Source of the DNA: Candidatus Omnitrophota bacterium
GTDB lineage: Bacteria > Omnitrophota > Gorgyraeia > Zapsychrales > Fredricksoniimonadaceae
Reading direction: 5' to 3'
Length of the DNA stretch: 64,000 nucleotides
Assembly (NCBI GenBank): GCA_016201795.1
Contig: JACQCF010000010.1
Coordinates: 15,095-79,094, forward strand
Shown here: one piece after another, positions 1 through 10,246 of the stretch
Numbering within the stretch: position 1 is the first letter of the stretch
Layout: each line of letters begins with the position of its first letter
The notes under the pieces: model-generated
What the model saw: only the letters and a program-made list of their open reading frames with translations
Databases searched by the model: none
Told to the model about the DNA's origin: nothing
Translations under genes and position numbers: made by a program

Positions 1-866
1 TCTTTGAGTTGTGGATACTGGATTCTGTTTTCATCAATGAAATGGTAGTCGTAGCGGCCGACATCGCACATCCAATAATCATTCACATCAGGATTAAGCC
101 TGGGCTTAAGACGCATGACGCGCGCCTTCTTGTGTTGGTGCGGCCGCGTTTTATCCCACTCGACGGTAATATTGCACCCCATGCTGCAGCCGGGACAGAT
201 GGAGTTCGTTTTATCGAGATACCACACGCGGCACTTGAAACGGAAATCTTTATCGGTGAGCGCCCCTACAGGACAAATATCGACGACATTTCCGGAATAT
301 TTATTATCCAGCTGTTTGCCCGGATAAACATCCAACTGCGAATGATCGCCCCGGTCAAAAACACCGAATTCGCTGGTTTTGGTGATGTTGTCCGCAAAAC
401 GGACACAACGCGTGCAGAGGATGCAGCGTTCTTGATCAAGCATGACCGTCGGCCCAATCGAAAAGGCCTTTTTTTCCTTTTTGACTTTCACATCCGCCAG
501 ACGGCTATCGTACTGGCCATGCTCCATGTAATAATCTTGAAGTTTACATTCTCCCGCCTGGTCACACACCGGACAATCTACCGGATGATTAACCAGCAGA
601 AATTCCAATACGGTTTTACGGGCTTCCAGCACTTTAGGAGAAGTTGTCTTGACGACCATCCCCTCGGCTACCGGCGTATAACAAGCAATCTGCAGCTTGG
701 CTTGTTTTTCAACTTCCACCATGCAAATACGGCAGTTTCCCGCCACAGGCAATGCCGGATGATAGCAATACCGGGGAATGTCGATTCCCAATTTGTCGGC
801 GGCCTGAATAATCGTTGTCCCTGCCGGGACTTCTATCTTTTTCCCATCAATGGTTAGATTTGGCAT
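1..866 (-). CDS. nuoG: NADH-quinone oxidoreductase subunit G (NuoG), N-terminal part; gene runs off the window start
   Basis: Reverse-complement translation from the ATG at 866 gives MPNLTIDGKKIEVPAGTTIIQAADKLGIDIPRYCYHPALPVAGNCRICMVE with 2Fe-2S and 4Fe-4S Cys motifs. It lies downstream of nuoF in canonical operon order. The plus-strand ORF 9..857 is its antisense. Confidence 0.8.
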   Translation of the reverse strand, partial: MPNLTIDGKKIEVPAGTTIIQAADKLGIDIPRYCYHPALPVAGNCRICMVEVEKQAKLQIACYTPVAEGMVVKTTSPKVLEARKTVLEFLLVNHPVDCPVCDQAGECKLQDYYMEHGQYDSRLADVKVKKEKKAFSIGPTVMLDQERCILCTRCVRFADNITKTSEFGVFDRGDHSQLDVYPGKQLDNKYSGNVVDICPVGALTDKDFRFKCRVWYLDKTNSICPGCSMGCNITVEWDKTRPHQHKKARVMRLKPRLNPDVNDYWMCDVGRYDYHFIDENRIQYPQLK

Positions 867-2113
867 ACTCTCTCTTTAATCTTATTTTCAAACTCACTGC
901 GAAATTTGGAAACATAACTGCCCACCGACATCGTCACCGCATCGCCAAACGCGCAAATCGTATTGCCGCCGATATTACTCACAATGCCGGGCAAATTTGC
1001 CAAATCATGCGGCCGCCCTATCTCGTGATAAATCCTTTTAAGATTGTTGTAAACCCATCCGCTGCCTTCACGGCAGGGAGAACACTGGCCGCAAGATTCA
1101 TGCGCAAAAAATCTTGCTGCAATCATCGCAGCCCAAACCATGTCGGTGGTATCATCCATGACAATGATCCCGCCGGAGCCTGCCATCGAACCGATGCTTT
1201 TAAGGGAATCAAAATCCATTTTCACATCAATCTCATCTGCCGTTAAAACCGGCGCTGAGATGCCTCCTGGTATGACGGCTTTAAGCTTGCGCCCATGAGG
1301 GATTCCGCCGGCATGTTCATAAATGATTTCGCGCAGCGTGATACCTGCTGGAAGTTCATAAATCCCCGGCTTGTTCACGTGCCCGCTGACGCAAAAAATC
1401 CGATTCCCCCCTTGATTCGCATATCCCAATTTGAAAAACCACTCGCTCCCGTTTAAAATAATAGGCGCCACGCAGGCCAAAGTTTCGACATTGTTGATGA
1501 CAGTTGGACAGCCAAATAACCCTACCACCGCCGGAAATGGAGGTTTAAGGCGCGGAAATCCTTTTTTACCCTCGAGAGATTCCAGGAGCGCTGTTTCTTC
1601 CCCGCAAATATAAGCCCCTGCTCCGGGGTGAATGACGACATCACAATCGCAGGACGTCCCCATAATACCTTTGCCCAAAAACTCGTTTTTGTACGCCTCA
1701 TCGATGGCGCCCTGCAATATCTGTATGGATTTTAAGTATTCACCACGGATGTACACATAGGCCTTGTGACTGCCGATAGCATAACAGGTAATGATAATCC
1801 CTTCGAGCAGCGCATGAGGATCTTGTTCAAAAATATATTTATCTTTGAATGTCCCCGGCTCTCCTTCATCCCCATTCACGACAAGGTATTTAGGCTTTGG
1901 ATTGTTCTTCGGGATAAAACCCCACTTCATTCCTGTTGCAAATCCCGCTCCACCCAATCCGCGCAAATAAGACTTTTTGATCTCTTCAATGATCTGAGCG
2001 GGCGTCATTTGCGTCAATGCCTTGCGCGCGGCCTCATAACCTTTATCTTTTAGATAATTTTCGAGGCGGTGAGAATTTTCTTGGCCAAAATGCCGGGTGA
2101 TAATCTTTTCCAT
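854..2113 (-). CDS. nuoF: NADH-quinone oxidoreductase subunit F (51 kDa; FMN, NADH and 4Fe-4S binding)
   Basis: 419 aa with a GGAGFATGMKW glycine-rich motif and the CGQCSPCREG 4Fe-4S motif. Positioned between nuoE and nuoG. Confidence 0.93.
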   Translation of the reverse strand: MEKIITRHFGQENSHRLENYLKDKGYEAARKALTQMTPAQIIEEIKKSYLRGLGGAGFATGMKWGFIPKNNPKPKYLVVNGDEGEPGTFKDKYIFEQDPHALLEGIIITCYAIGSHKAYVYIRGEYLKSIQILQGAIDEAYKNEFLGKGIMGTSCDCDVVIHPGAGAYICGEETALLESLEGKKGFPRLKPPFPAVVGLFGCPTVINNVETLACVAPIILNGSEWFFKLGYANQGGNRIFCVSGHVNKPGIYELPAGITLREIIYEHAGGIPHGRKLKAVIPGGISAPVLTADEIDVKMDFDSLKSIGSMAGSGGIIVMDDTTDMVWAAMIAARFFAHESCGQCSPCREGSGWVYNNLKRIYHEIGRPHDLANLPGIVSNIGGNTICAFGDAVTMSVGSYVSKFRSEFENKIKERVCQI

Positions 2114-2117
2114 AAAA

Positions 2118-2606
2118 TTATTTAGTCTTCTCGATTAATTCGTTGATTTTCTCTTTGGTCAAACAACCGACATAATCTTTATTTTGTTGCATAACGGGGG
2201 CAATCTCACAAGCGCCCAGGCACTCGACCACGCTCAAACTGAATTTCCCATCAGTGGTTGTTTCACCGGGCTTAATACCCAGTCTTTTTTGAATGTGTTC
2301 AATGACGTCCTCTCCCCCGAGCAAGGCGCACGTGGTTGTCTGACAAACCGAAAAGTGACATTGGCCTTTCTTGGTCTGATGAAAGAGGTGGTAAAACGAA
2401 ACCACTTCATGGACATGCACGACAGGAATACCCAAATACTGAGCGATATTTTTTTCAGACTCCGGCGAGATCAGGTCTTCTTTTTCCTGAACTAAATGCA
2501 GCACAGGTAAAAGGGCAGCCCGTTTTTGCTCATACTTGGCTGTGATCTTATCAAGCTGTTGTAAAAAATCCGGATTAAAAATATGATCCTCCGATTTTAG
2601 TGTCAT
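2118..2606 (-). CDS. nuoE: NADH-quinone oxidoreductase subunit E (24 kDa, 2Fe-2S)
   Basis: 162 aa thioredoxin-like protein carrying the CxxxxC...CxxxC 2Fe-2S pattern (CQTTTCALLG, VECLGACEIAP). Confidence 0.9.
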   Translation of the reverse strand: MTLKSEDHIFNPDFLQQLDKITAKYEQKRAALLPVLHLVQEKEDLISPESEKNIAQYLGIPVVHVHEVVSFYHLFHQTKKGQCHFSVCQTTTCALLGGEDVIEHIQKRLGIKPGETTTDGKFSLSVVECLGACEIAPVMQQNKDYVGCLTKEKINELIEKTK

Positions 2607-2697
2607 TGCGAGCGTCGCTTTTCGTTTTTAGCGAAGCAATCTCTTAAAAGATCGCCACGTCGTCATTGAAAAGAACTCCTCCTCGCGATGACACATA
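2600..2697. repeat. Imperfect palindromic interspersed repeat (GTCATTGCGAG...CTCGCGATGAC family) in the nuoD-nuoE intergenic space
   Basis: tgtcattgcgagcg...gcgaagcaatctcttaaaagat...cctcgcgatgacac. Related copies lie at 40454-40534, 60922-60968 and 63348-63442. Confidence 0.6.
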
Positions 2698-2701
2698 CTT
2701 A

Positions 2702-4027
2702 CTACCTATCCAATTCCCCTGCAATCATATTCACTGAACCAAACGTAGGGACAAGATCAGCCATCATACTACCGACTAAACATTTAGGTAATGCTGCCAT
2801 GATCGGGAAACACGGCGGATGAACACGCACCCGCCAGGGCTGGTCTCGGCCGTCGCTGACAATGTAAAATCCAAGCTCTCCGTTTGCCCCTTCGACGGGG
2901 AAATAGGCCTCTCCCACCACAGGACGGATCCCATGGCCGTACATGACTAATTTAAAATGGTTCATCAATCCTTCAATATTACTATATGTTTCTTCCTTGG
3001 GAGGCAGCGCTACATCCCTTCTATCCGTGTTAATCGATTTAGAATATTTTTTTGTACTGCCTTGTAAGGTCGGGTCCAAATCAACCTCATCCTCAATTAA
3101 TCCATCGGTTTGTCCCATTTTGGCGCGATCGACCATTTGGGCGGCAGGGATCAAACAACCTGTTAACTCACCGGCAATGGCGCCATCGGGAATTTGCTGG
3201 AAGCATTGCTCAATCATCCTTAAGGATTGTTCCATCTCTGCCATGCGGACAAAATAACGGTCAAGGTTGTCCCCTTTGGTTCCCACCGGAACTTCAAAAT
3301 CCAGGCGATCATAGATCAGATAGGGATTGGCTTTACGCACATCATACGCAACACCGCTACCTCTTAAAAATGGACCGGTAATGCCATGCGCAATCGCATC
3401 TTCCTTGGAAATAATACCGGTGTCTTTCATGCGGTCAAAGAAAATCCGGTTGCGGGTCAACAGTTCGTCTGCTTCGATAAGAACTTTGCGGACGTCCGCA
3501 ATTTTCTGGAAGCACTTGTCGGTAAAACCCGCAGTTAAATCAGCTTTGACCCCGCCGATACGCACATAAGAAATGGTTAAGCGGGCACCGGTAATTTCTT
3601 CGACGAGCTCATATAAATATTCCCGAGCCTTGATCATATACAAAAATACGGACATCGCCCCTAATTCCATGGCGGTCGCACCAATGCAGGTCAAATGGTC
3701 ACTGACGCGCGAAATTTCACTCATGATGACACGGATATACTTGGCGCGTTCGGGAATATCAATGCCGAGCAATTTTTCCACCGTCAGCGCAAAACCGACG
3801 TTATTAATGAGCGGCGAAACATAATTCAGCCGGTCCGTGTACGGAAAGCATTGCGTGTACATGACCGTCTCACACATTTTCTCAAAGGCCCGATGGAGAT
3901 ACCCGATTTCAACATCAACGCCTTTGATCTTTTCGCCGTCTAATTCCATAATCAGGCGGATGACCCCGTGCATGGCCGGGTGCGAAGGCCCGACATTTAA
4001 TAACATGGAACGTGTTTGAGTCGACAT
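2702..4027 (-). CDS. nuoD: NADH-quinone oxidoreductase subunit D (49 kDa)
   Basis: 441 aa starting MSTQTRSMLLNVGPSHPAMHGVIRL, typical of NuoD, and ending in the conserved ...GELDR C-terminus. Confidence 0.93.
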   Translation of the reverse strand: MSTQTRSMLLNVGPSHPAMHGVIRLIMELDGEKIKGVDVEIGYLHRAFEKMCETVMYTQCFPYTDRLNYVSPLINNVGFALTVEKLLGIDIPERAKYIRVIMSEISRVSDHLTCIGATAMELGAMSVFLYMIKAREYLYELVEEITGARLTISYVRIGGVKADLTAGFTDKCFQKIADVRKVLIEADELLTRNRIFFDRMKDTGIISKEDAIAHGITGPFLRGSGVAYDVRKANPYLIYDRLDFEVPVGTKGDNLDRYFVRMAEMEQSLRMIEQCFQQIPDGAIAGELTGCLIPAAQMVDRAKMGQTDGLIEDEVDLDPTLQGSTKKYSKSINTDRRDVALPPKEETYSNIEGLMNHFKLVMYGHGIRPVVGEAYFPVEGANGELGFYIVSDGRDQPWRVRVHPPCFPIMAALPKCLVGSMMADLVPTFGSVNMIAGELDR

Positions 4028-4036
4028 GATTTCACC

Positions 4037-4531
4037 TTAATACTTGGGTCCAATCAGCGGTTGGCGCTTATTGAACGGATAATCCTTGCGTAACGCATGC
4101 CCTTGGAACTGTTCATACATCAAAATCCGTTTTAGGTTGGGATGGCCTTTAAATCGAATGCCAAACATGTCCCAAACTTCCCTTTCGTACCAGTCGGCGG
4201 AGGCCCACAGATCCGTGAGCGTATCCACCTCGGGGCTTTTCTCATCCACAGGAACCTTGATGCGAAGCCTATGGTTATGTTTAAGGGAATAAAAATGATA
4301 AACGACTTCAAAGCGGAATTCTTTTTGGATTCTTCCACCAGCAAAAAATAAATAATCAACCGCCGTTAGGTCCATAAGGAAATTAAAATCCAATTCCGCG
4401 GTTTCTTTTAAAAATTTGGCAATAACCTTTAAAGCACTGGGATGGATCATGAGAGTTTCATCTCCCCTAAAGGTATGGGTCTCTATGACCTCTTTTGAAA
4501 ATTGTTCCTGAACTCTTTGTAAGGGTGTCAT
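4037..4531 (-). CDS. nuoC: NADH-quinone oxidoreductase subunit C (30 kDa)
   Basis: 164 aa in NuoC position with family-like sequence. Overlaps the nuoB stop by 4 nt. Confidence 0.85.
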   Translation of the reverse strand: MTPLQRVQEQFSKEVIETHTFRGDETLMIHPSALKVIAKFLKETAELDFNFLMDLTAVDYLFFAGGRIQKEFRFEVVYHFYSLKHNHRLRIKVPVDEKSPEVDTLTDLWASADWYEREVWDMFGIRFKGHPNLKRILMYEQFQGHALRKDYPFNKRQPLIGPKY

Positions 4532-5088
4532 GACGAAGATTCTTTAATATGCTGTGAAACGGAATAACCTTGCTGTAAGTGGGCAGGTCGGCCTATTTTT
4601 GTCCGCGGGTCATAAAGCGTTCTGGACTGCTCTCCCTTTTGGATTTTCTCCTGGAGCTTCATAAGGCCATCGATGACGTTTTCAGGACGAGGAGGACAAC
4701 CCGGAATATAAATATCAACGGGAATAATGGTATCAATGCCCATCACGGTCGCATAATTGTCGTAGAACCCCCCGGTACAGGTACAGACCCCGAAGGCCAC
4801 CACCCATTTCGGTTCACACATTTGATCATAAACGGTTTTTAAGACAGGGGCCATTTTGTGACTGATGGTCCCGACGACAAAAAGGACATCCGATTGCCGG
4901 GGTGAAAAACGGGGGAAACCTGCCCCGAAACGGTCAACGTCATAATGACCGGCAGCGGTAGACATATACTCCATGCCGCAACAGGCCGTAACGAACGGGT
5001 ACTGGAAAATGGAATATTTGCGGGCCCAGCCCAAGGCGTCACTCATTTTTGAAGTAAAAAAATTAGAGGCAGAACTCATGAACGACAT
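4528..5088 (-). CDS. nuoB: NADH-quinone oxidoreductase subunit B (20 kDa, PSST)
   Basis: 186 aa with the CCGMEY...GCPPRPE N2-cluster cysteine motifs. Confidence 0.92.
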   Translation of the reverse strand: MSFMSSASNFFTSKMSDALGWARKYSIFQYPFVTACCGMEYMSTAAGHYDVDRFGAGFPRFSPRQSDVLFVVGTISHKMAPVLKTVYDQMCEPKWVVAFGVCTCTGGFYDNYATVMGIDTIIPVDIYIPGCPPRPENVIDGLMKLQEKIQKGEQSRTLYDPRTKIGRPAHLQQGYSVSQHIKESSS

Positions 5089-5094
5089 ATCGGA

Positions 5095-5448
5095 TTACTC
5101 CCACTCTAATGCCCGTTTTTTCCAAACATAACAGAATCCTAAGACCACAAAACCCATAAAAACAGCCATCTCTATTAACCCAAAAACACCCAATTTCCTA
5201 AACAGGACGGCCCAGGGAAAAAGAAATACCAACTCGACGTCAAATACGATAAAAAGCATGGCCACAATGTAGAAATGCACCGGCATTGGCCCGCCGGGCA
5301 AAGCAAAGGGCTCCTTGCCGCATTCAAAAGGCTTTGATTTCGCCTCACTGGGAACTTTAGGACTAAGGACCTTGGGTAAGCTCAGCAATAAAATCGCAAG
5401 AGCCAATGCGAATATAAAAGCAAATATGATTGCCATGTACTCTAACAT
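5095..5448 (-). CDS. nuoA: NADH-quinone oxidoreductase subunit A
   Basis: 117 aa three-helix membrane protein in first position of the nuo operon. Confidence 0.85.
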   Translation of the reverse strand: MLEYMAIIFAFIFALALAILLLSLPKVLSPKVPSEAKSKPFECGKEPFALPGGPMPVHFYIVAMLFIVFDVELVFLFPWAVLFRKLGVFGLIEMAVFMGFVVLGFCYVWKKRALEWE

Positions 5449-5556
5449 TTTAAGATATCCTAGCGTCTTTTTTGTGAGCTGTCAATATTCCCCCTGGATC
5501 AAAACCTGGTGCAGAGGAATTTTAGGTATGAATGCAAGTATTTAAAATTAATCAAT

Positions 5557-6654
5557 TTATAGATTCTCTAAAATCGTGTCCACGTTGACGTAATCTTTGA
5601 CTAACCGGTGCGCCTCGCGAATTTTATCTTTGTCAGTTTTTTGGATTTTGCAGGTTAAATTTTCAATGGCCGCGGCAATCGTATAAGTATCGGCTTCCGA
5701 ATAAAGCACCGGAATGTGGCTGTCCTTTAAAAGCCCCGCAATTTTAGGGTCCGGCAACAGTCCGCCGGTGAGAATCAGCGCTGAAACCTTAACGCTTCGG
5801 CCTTGCTGCAAAAGGTAAGAAGAAACCGCCACGAGAATGTTGTCCACCCGATCCCCCGAGGTAATCACCATGGCTCCATCGCGCAGGTGGCCGATCATAT
5901 TGTAGGGTTCCATGGCTGCCACAATAGCATAGTGCACACGCCTTTGTAAATTTTCCCCGCCGGAGAACACTTTTAAATCCAGCCTCTCGCGGATTTGCTC
6001 GACGGTCGGTGCGCTTAAAAACTCGACTTCCGGAATAGCGCCCAGAAGCCTGATCCCTTTTTTCTCCAGGCCTTTACCGACGATATTTTTAATTTTCTCG
6101 ATCTTATCAGGAATAATCTTATTCACAATCACTCCCAGAACCTCGACGCTGCACAAATCAAACAGGGCTTTATTGAGCATAATCTCATCAATGGAGCGGC
6201 CGATGCCTCCCTGCGAAACAATAATCACCTTGGAATGCAATAGAGAAGCCACGTCCGCATTCGAACAGTCGATGACCGAACCCACCCCCGCGTGGCCGGT
6301 GCCTTCGACGATAATCGCGTCCTTGCCCTTGATAAGATTTTTGAAAGAATTAAGAATTTGCTGCTGCAAAAACTCTTTTTGGGGGTCGAGGATATAACGT
6401 TCCGTGTAGCCGCGGCCGACGGTCACCGGGCTCATATCATTGATGCGTTTACGGCAGTGATACACTTCACCAATGAGATAAGAATCCTTGTCAATGGGCT
6501 TTTCTCCGAACTTGACCGTTTCCTGCCCGACGGGTTTCATGAAAGCCGTTCTGATTTTGCGCTCCTGAAAATTCTTAAATAGCCCCAACGCAATGGTGGT
6601 CTTGCCCGCGTTTTGATGGATGGCGGAGATAAAAATATTTTTTATTTTTTTCAT
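5557..6654 (-). CDS. CobQ/BioD-like P-loop ATPase with DRTGG domain (Pta N-terminal-domain-like protein)
   Basis: 365 aa with an N-terminal [10 protein letters not shown]-loop resembling the BioD-like fold. The C-terminal half resembles a DRTGG domain. Overlaps sucD by 4 nt. Confidence 0.6.
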   Translation of the reverse strand: MKKIKNIFISAIHQNAGKTTIALGLFKNFQERKIRTAFMKPVGQETVKFGEKPIDKDSYLIGEVYHCRKRINDMSPVTVGRGYTERYILDPQKEFLQQQILNSFKNLIKGKDAIIVEGTGHAGVGSVIDCSNADVASLLHSKVIIVSQGGIGRSIDEIMLNKALFDLCSVEVLGVIVNKIIPDKIEKIKNIVGKGLEKKGIRLLGAIPEVEFLSAPTVEQIRERLDLKVFSGGENLQRRVHYAIVAAMEPYNMIGHLRDGAMVITSGDRVDNILVAVSSYLLQQGRSVKVSALILTGGLLPDPKIAGLLKDSHIPVLYSEADTYTIAAAIENLTCKIQKTDKDKIREAHRLVKDYVNVDTILENL

Positions 6655-7541
6655 AAAAGCCTTTTGGCCATGGCTTGAGGAATTTCGTCGGGAAAATCGA
6701 TGACATCCACGCCAGCGTCTTTGAGTATCTGCATTTTGGCCTGCGCCGTGGAATCCCCCGAAGAGATAATCGCCCCAGCATGGCCCATGCGTTTGCCGGC
6801 AGGCGCGGTGCGTCCGGCAATAAAAGCCGCCACCGGTTTTTTGACATAACTTTTAATAAAATCCGCGGCCATTTGCTCGTCCCCGCCGCCGATTTCCCCC
6901 ACCATGACAATAGCTTTGGTGTCAGGGTCGTCCTGAAACATTTTTAACACATCGACGAAACGCGTGCCAATAATCGGGTCTCCGCCTAATCCCACACAGG
7001 AACTCTGACCTATGTGGTGGATGGTCAAATTATAAACAACTTCATAGGTCAATGTCCCCGAACGGGAGACCACGCCGATGTTACCAGGTTTATGAATATG
7101 GCCGGGCATGATGCCGATTTTGCATTTACCCGGCGAGATAAGGCCCGGGCAATTGGGGCCGATCAGACGCGACTGGCTGGACCCGCCAACGGCGGGTCTG
7201 GCATCAAGCGCTTTTTTAACCTCCACCATATCCAACACCGGAATGCCCTCGGTGATGCAAACAATCAGCTCAATGCCGTTTTGAATATCCTCGAGGATAG
7301 CGTCCTTGGCGAACTTGGCCGGTACATAAATGACCGCGGCGTTGCAACGGGTGGCGGCCCTGGCTTCTTTAACGCTGTTAAAAACCGGTACACCCTCAAG
7401 TTGCTGACCGCCTTTGCCGGGGGTCACCCCGCCGACCACTTTGGTGCCGTATTCGAGCATTTGTTTGGTGTGAAAAGAGCCGTCGCGGCCGGTGATGCCC
7501 TGGACAATAACGCGTGTGTTTTGGTCGATTAAAATACTCAT
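6651..7541 (-). CDS. sucD: Succinyl-CoA synthetase alpha subunit
   Basis: 296 aa beginning [45 protein letters not shown], with the active-site His region [10 protein letters not shown]. Confidence 0.93.
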   Translation of the reverse strand: MSILIDQNTRVIVQGITGRDGSFHTKQMLEYGTKVVGGVTPGKGGQQLEGVPVFNSVKEARAATRCNAAVIYVPAKFAKDAILEDIQNGIELIVCITEGIPVLDMVEVKKALDARPAVGGSSQSRLIGPNCPGLISPGKCKIGIMPGHIHKPGNIGVVSRSGTLTYEVVYNLTIHHIGQSSCVGLGGDPIIGTRFVDVLKMFQDDPDTKAIVMVGEIGGGDEQMAADFIKSYVKKPVAAFIAGRTAPAGKRMGHAGAIISSGDSTAQAKMQILKDAGVDVIDFPDEIPQAMAKRLL

Positions 7542-7547
7542 AAAGTT

Positions 7548-8681
7548 TTATTTATTCGCTAACTTCACCGCTTCCACCACCGCCTGGCGCATCGACGAGA
7601 ACGTCGTCAATCCGGCCTTGTTTAACATCTCTTTAGCCACTGCTTCATTGGTACCGGTCAAACGAATGACCAGAGGCACCGTCATCTTGATCTGTGCAAG
7701 CGCGGTTAAGATGCCGCTGGCGATATCATCACAGCGGGTGATGCCGCCGAATATGTTAATTAAAACAACTTTAATAGATGGATTGCGCAAAATAATCTTA
7801 AGGGCATTGAGAACCTTCTCGGGATTAGAACTGCCGCCAACGTCCAAAAAATTGGCCGGCGTCCCGCCCATGAGATTGACCGCATCCATGGTGCCCATGG
7901 CCAACCCCGCGCCGTTGACGATACAGCCCACATTGCCCTCTAGCTTAACGAAACTTAATCCCTTGTCTTTGGCTTCCAGCTCATCGGGGTCATCGTATTT
8001 TAAATCGCGCCGTTGACTAAGTTCCGGCTGACGAAAAAGTCCGTTATCGTCGATAATGACCTTGACATCCGCGGCCATCAGATTGCCCTCGCCGTTGACG
8101 ACAAAAGGGTTGATTTCCGCCAGCGTACAGTCTTTTTCGAAAAATAATTTTACCAACTTGCCTATCATAACGGTGGCGCTCATTTGCAGGCGTGTGTCCG
8201 CAAAAAGCTGGGCCGCCACCAGAGCCCAGCGGCGTTCATCCAGGATTTTTTCCCCGTGCATATAAAATTTGAGAATTTTTTCGGGATTGGTTTTGGCGGT
8301 TTCTTCGATGTCCACACCGCCTTCGCCGGAGGCAATAATGACCACATCGCCTTTGATATTGTCGACGGTCAGAGCCACATAGTATTCTTTGCGAATGTCA
8401 ATGGCGCGCGCCACCAAGAGACGCTCAACGGTATAACCCCCCATGGTCAGATTCTTGATGCGGTTAAATTGGTTGACTAAATCTGCTTCATCGGCAACCA
8501 CTTTTACCCCGCCGGCTTTGCCGCGTCCGCCGACCAGCACCTGTGCCTTAAGAACAACGGGAAACCCTAATTTCTTGGCTAAGCTTAAAGCTTCTTGAGG
8601 GCTTTGGGCCACGCCGCCTTCGGCAATGGGAATTCCATACTGGGCCAATAAATCTCTGGCTTGATATTCATGGATTTTCAT
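7548..8681 (-). CDS. sucC: Succinyl-CoA synthetase beta subunit
   Basis: MKIHEYQARDLLAQYGIPI..., an ATP-grasp N-terminus followed by the CoA-ligase domain. Start is set at the internal ATG (8681) that matches family N-termini; the ORF track extends to 8693. Confidence 0.9.
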   Translation of the reverse strand: MKIHEYQARDLLAQYGIPIAEGGVAQSPQEALSLAKKLGFPVVLKAQVLVGGRGKAGGVKVVADEADLVNQFNRIKNLTMGGYTVERLLVARAIDIRKEYYVALTVDNIKGDVVIIASGEGGVDIEETAKTNPEKILKFYMHGEKILDERRWALVAAQLFADTRLQMSATVMIGKLVKLFFEKDCTLAEINPFVVNGEGNLMAADVKVIIDDNGLFRQPELSQRRDLKYDDPDELEAKDKGLSFVKLEGNVGCIVNGAGLAMGTMDAVNLMGGTPANFLDVGGSSNPEKVLNALKIILRNPSIKVVLINIFGGITRCDDIASGILTALAQIKMTVPLVIRLTGTNEAVAKEMLNKAGLTTFSSMRQAVVEAVKLANK

Positions 8682-8695
8682 AAATGAACACATAA

Positions 8696-8760
8696 CTTAC
8701 GGAGCATCAGCGACGTAAGCTATAAGTGTGAATTTATCCTGAGCGAAGCGAAGGATTTCC
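8696..8760. repeat. Hairpin repeat (CTTACG-N12-CGTAAG plus GAGCGAAGCGAAGGA) shared with 16516-16560
   Basis: cttacggagcatcagcgacgtaagctataag... is near-identical to the reverse complement of 16533-16560 (cttacggaagcaaagcgacgtaagccataag). Confidence 0.5.
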
Positions 8761-8848
8761 TTAAATAAAACAACTTAGAAAGTTTAGCATAAAAATCTTC
8801 AAATGCGATAAAAAATGACTCAAAACGGTCTCGTCCGCCTCGAAGTAT

Positions 8849-9562
8849 TTAATTAAAAATCTCTTTAAAGAACTTCTGCATGTCCTGCCAGGACTGCTCA
8901 TCAGCGGCTTTGTTATACAAAGCCCCCTGCAGCTGGCCAGTCTGGGTGGGATTGGTAAAGCCGTGTACGGCCCCGGGGTATTGGATGAGCTGATAATTGA
9001 CGCGAGCGTTTTTCATTTCAGTTTCAAAAGCCGTCACTTCCGAAGGCGGCACAAACGGGTCATTGGCCCCGTGCAAAATCAACAGACGGGCCTTGATATT
9101 TTTAGCATCCTGCGGGGCGGGCGTGCCCAGGCCCCCGTGAAAACTGACCACCCCTTTGACATTCGCGCCCGCGCGCGCCAATTCCAAAACCGTGGTACCG
9201 CCAAAACAATAACCCATCGCCGCTACCTTAGTGGCGTCGACGTTGGGTTGAGATTCAAGCGCGGCCAGACCCGCCAAGGCACGCTGGCGCAACAGTGGAC
9301 GATGGTTGCTATATTTGTTCATCTCAGCCGCGGCTTGTTCTACCGTTTGTGGGCGCACACCTTTGCCGTAAACATCCGCGGCCAACGCCACGTAACCTAA
9401 CTTGGCTACCATATCCGTACGCATTCGGATGTAATCATTAAGGCCTTTCCATTCATGAGCAATCAGCACCCCCGGGCGTTTGCCGGTCAAGGTCTCGTCG
9501 TAGGCTAAATATCCCTCGAGGATGGTACTGTCCTGTTTGTATTCAACGGTTTGGGTTTTCAT
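8849..9562 (-). CDS. Dienelactone hydrolase family protein
   Basis: 237 aa alpha/beta hydrolase with a GYCFGG nucleophile elbow and the conserved His near the C-terminus (GAVHGF). Confidence 0.8.
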   Translation of the reverse strand: MKTQTVEYKQDSTILEGYLAYDETLTGKRPGVLIAHEWKGLNDYIRMRTDMVAKLGYVALAADVYGKGVRPQTVEQAAAEMNKYSNHRPLLRQRALAGLAALESQPNVDATKVAAMGYCFGGTTVLELARAGANVKGVVSFHGGLGTPAPQDAKNIKARLLILHGANDPFVPPSEVTAFETEMKNARVNYQLIQYPGAVHGFTNPTQTGQLQGALYNKAADEQSWQDMQKFFKEIFN

Positions 9563-9571
9563 AACAAGTCC

Positions 9572-10234
9572 CTACTTGGGGATTGTTTCTCCTTTGAGTA
9601 TATCCGCCAGAGGGGTGGTGTCAATCCTCAACCCCCCGTCGTGCTCAATGTTAATCGTATACAGATAGCCGGGGATAAAAACCACCCCGGGAGCTTCAAT
9701 CTGAACATTCTTGATGCCGGCGCGGGCGGCGGCCTGTTGATCAAAAGCATAATGCCAGAACTGGCGCCAGAAATGGTTTTCAAAAAAGGCGGGTTTACTG
9801 CTCACTTGATAGCCGCCAGGGACCTCTTCCAGGTAAGTGATGGGAAATTCTTTGGTGCTGGCTCCATCGAGACAGAAGACTTTCCAGAATAAATAAACGC
9901 TTTTGCCCCGCAGACGATCGCCGGCCGCTACAAAACGATCATCAAAGCGCACCACCAGCGACTGAAACTGAATGATATTGCCGGGGAAGGTAAAATATTT
10001 CGGTGTCAGCGGCTTTCCTTTAGTATCGTATTCGAGGAATTTGATGGTGGTGAAATTCTTTTTAAACTCTTCATTGTAATTAACGCCGACGACCAGCACC
10101 TGGGCCACGCGCGAGCTGGCCTCCAGGCGGGCAATGATCTGCGTCAGGACATTCTGTTCATAAAAACGGCGGGCCAAAAGAACGCCCGCCGCAATAATTA
10201 TTATCAGAATAACAAAGTATCTGATATTTTTCAT
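9572..10234 (-). CDS. Hypothetical membrane-anchored protein
   Basis: 220 aa with an N-terminal TM helix (FVILIIIIAAGVLLA) and no recognised motif. Confidence 0.5.
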   Translation of the reverse strand: MKNIRYFVILIIIIAAGVLLARRFYEQNVLTQIIARLEASSRVAQVLVVGVNYNEEFKKNFTTIKFLEYDTKGKPLTPKYFTFPGNIIQFQSLVVRFDDRFVAAGDRLRGKSVYLFWKVFCLDGASTKEFPITYLEEVPGGYQVSSKPAFFENHFWRQFWHYAFDQQAAARAGIKNVQIEAPGVVFIPGYLYTINIEHDGGLRIDTTPLADILKGETIPK

Positions 10235-10246
10235 GGGTATCTGCCG

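Noticed and set aside
9-857. 282-aa plus-strand ORF at the window start
   Set aside because: It is antisense to nuoG, whose minus-strand translation is an excellent NuoG N-terminus. No protein-like motifs are present.
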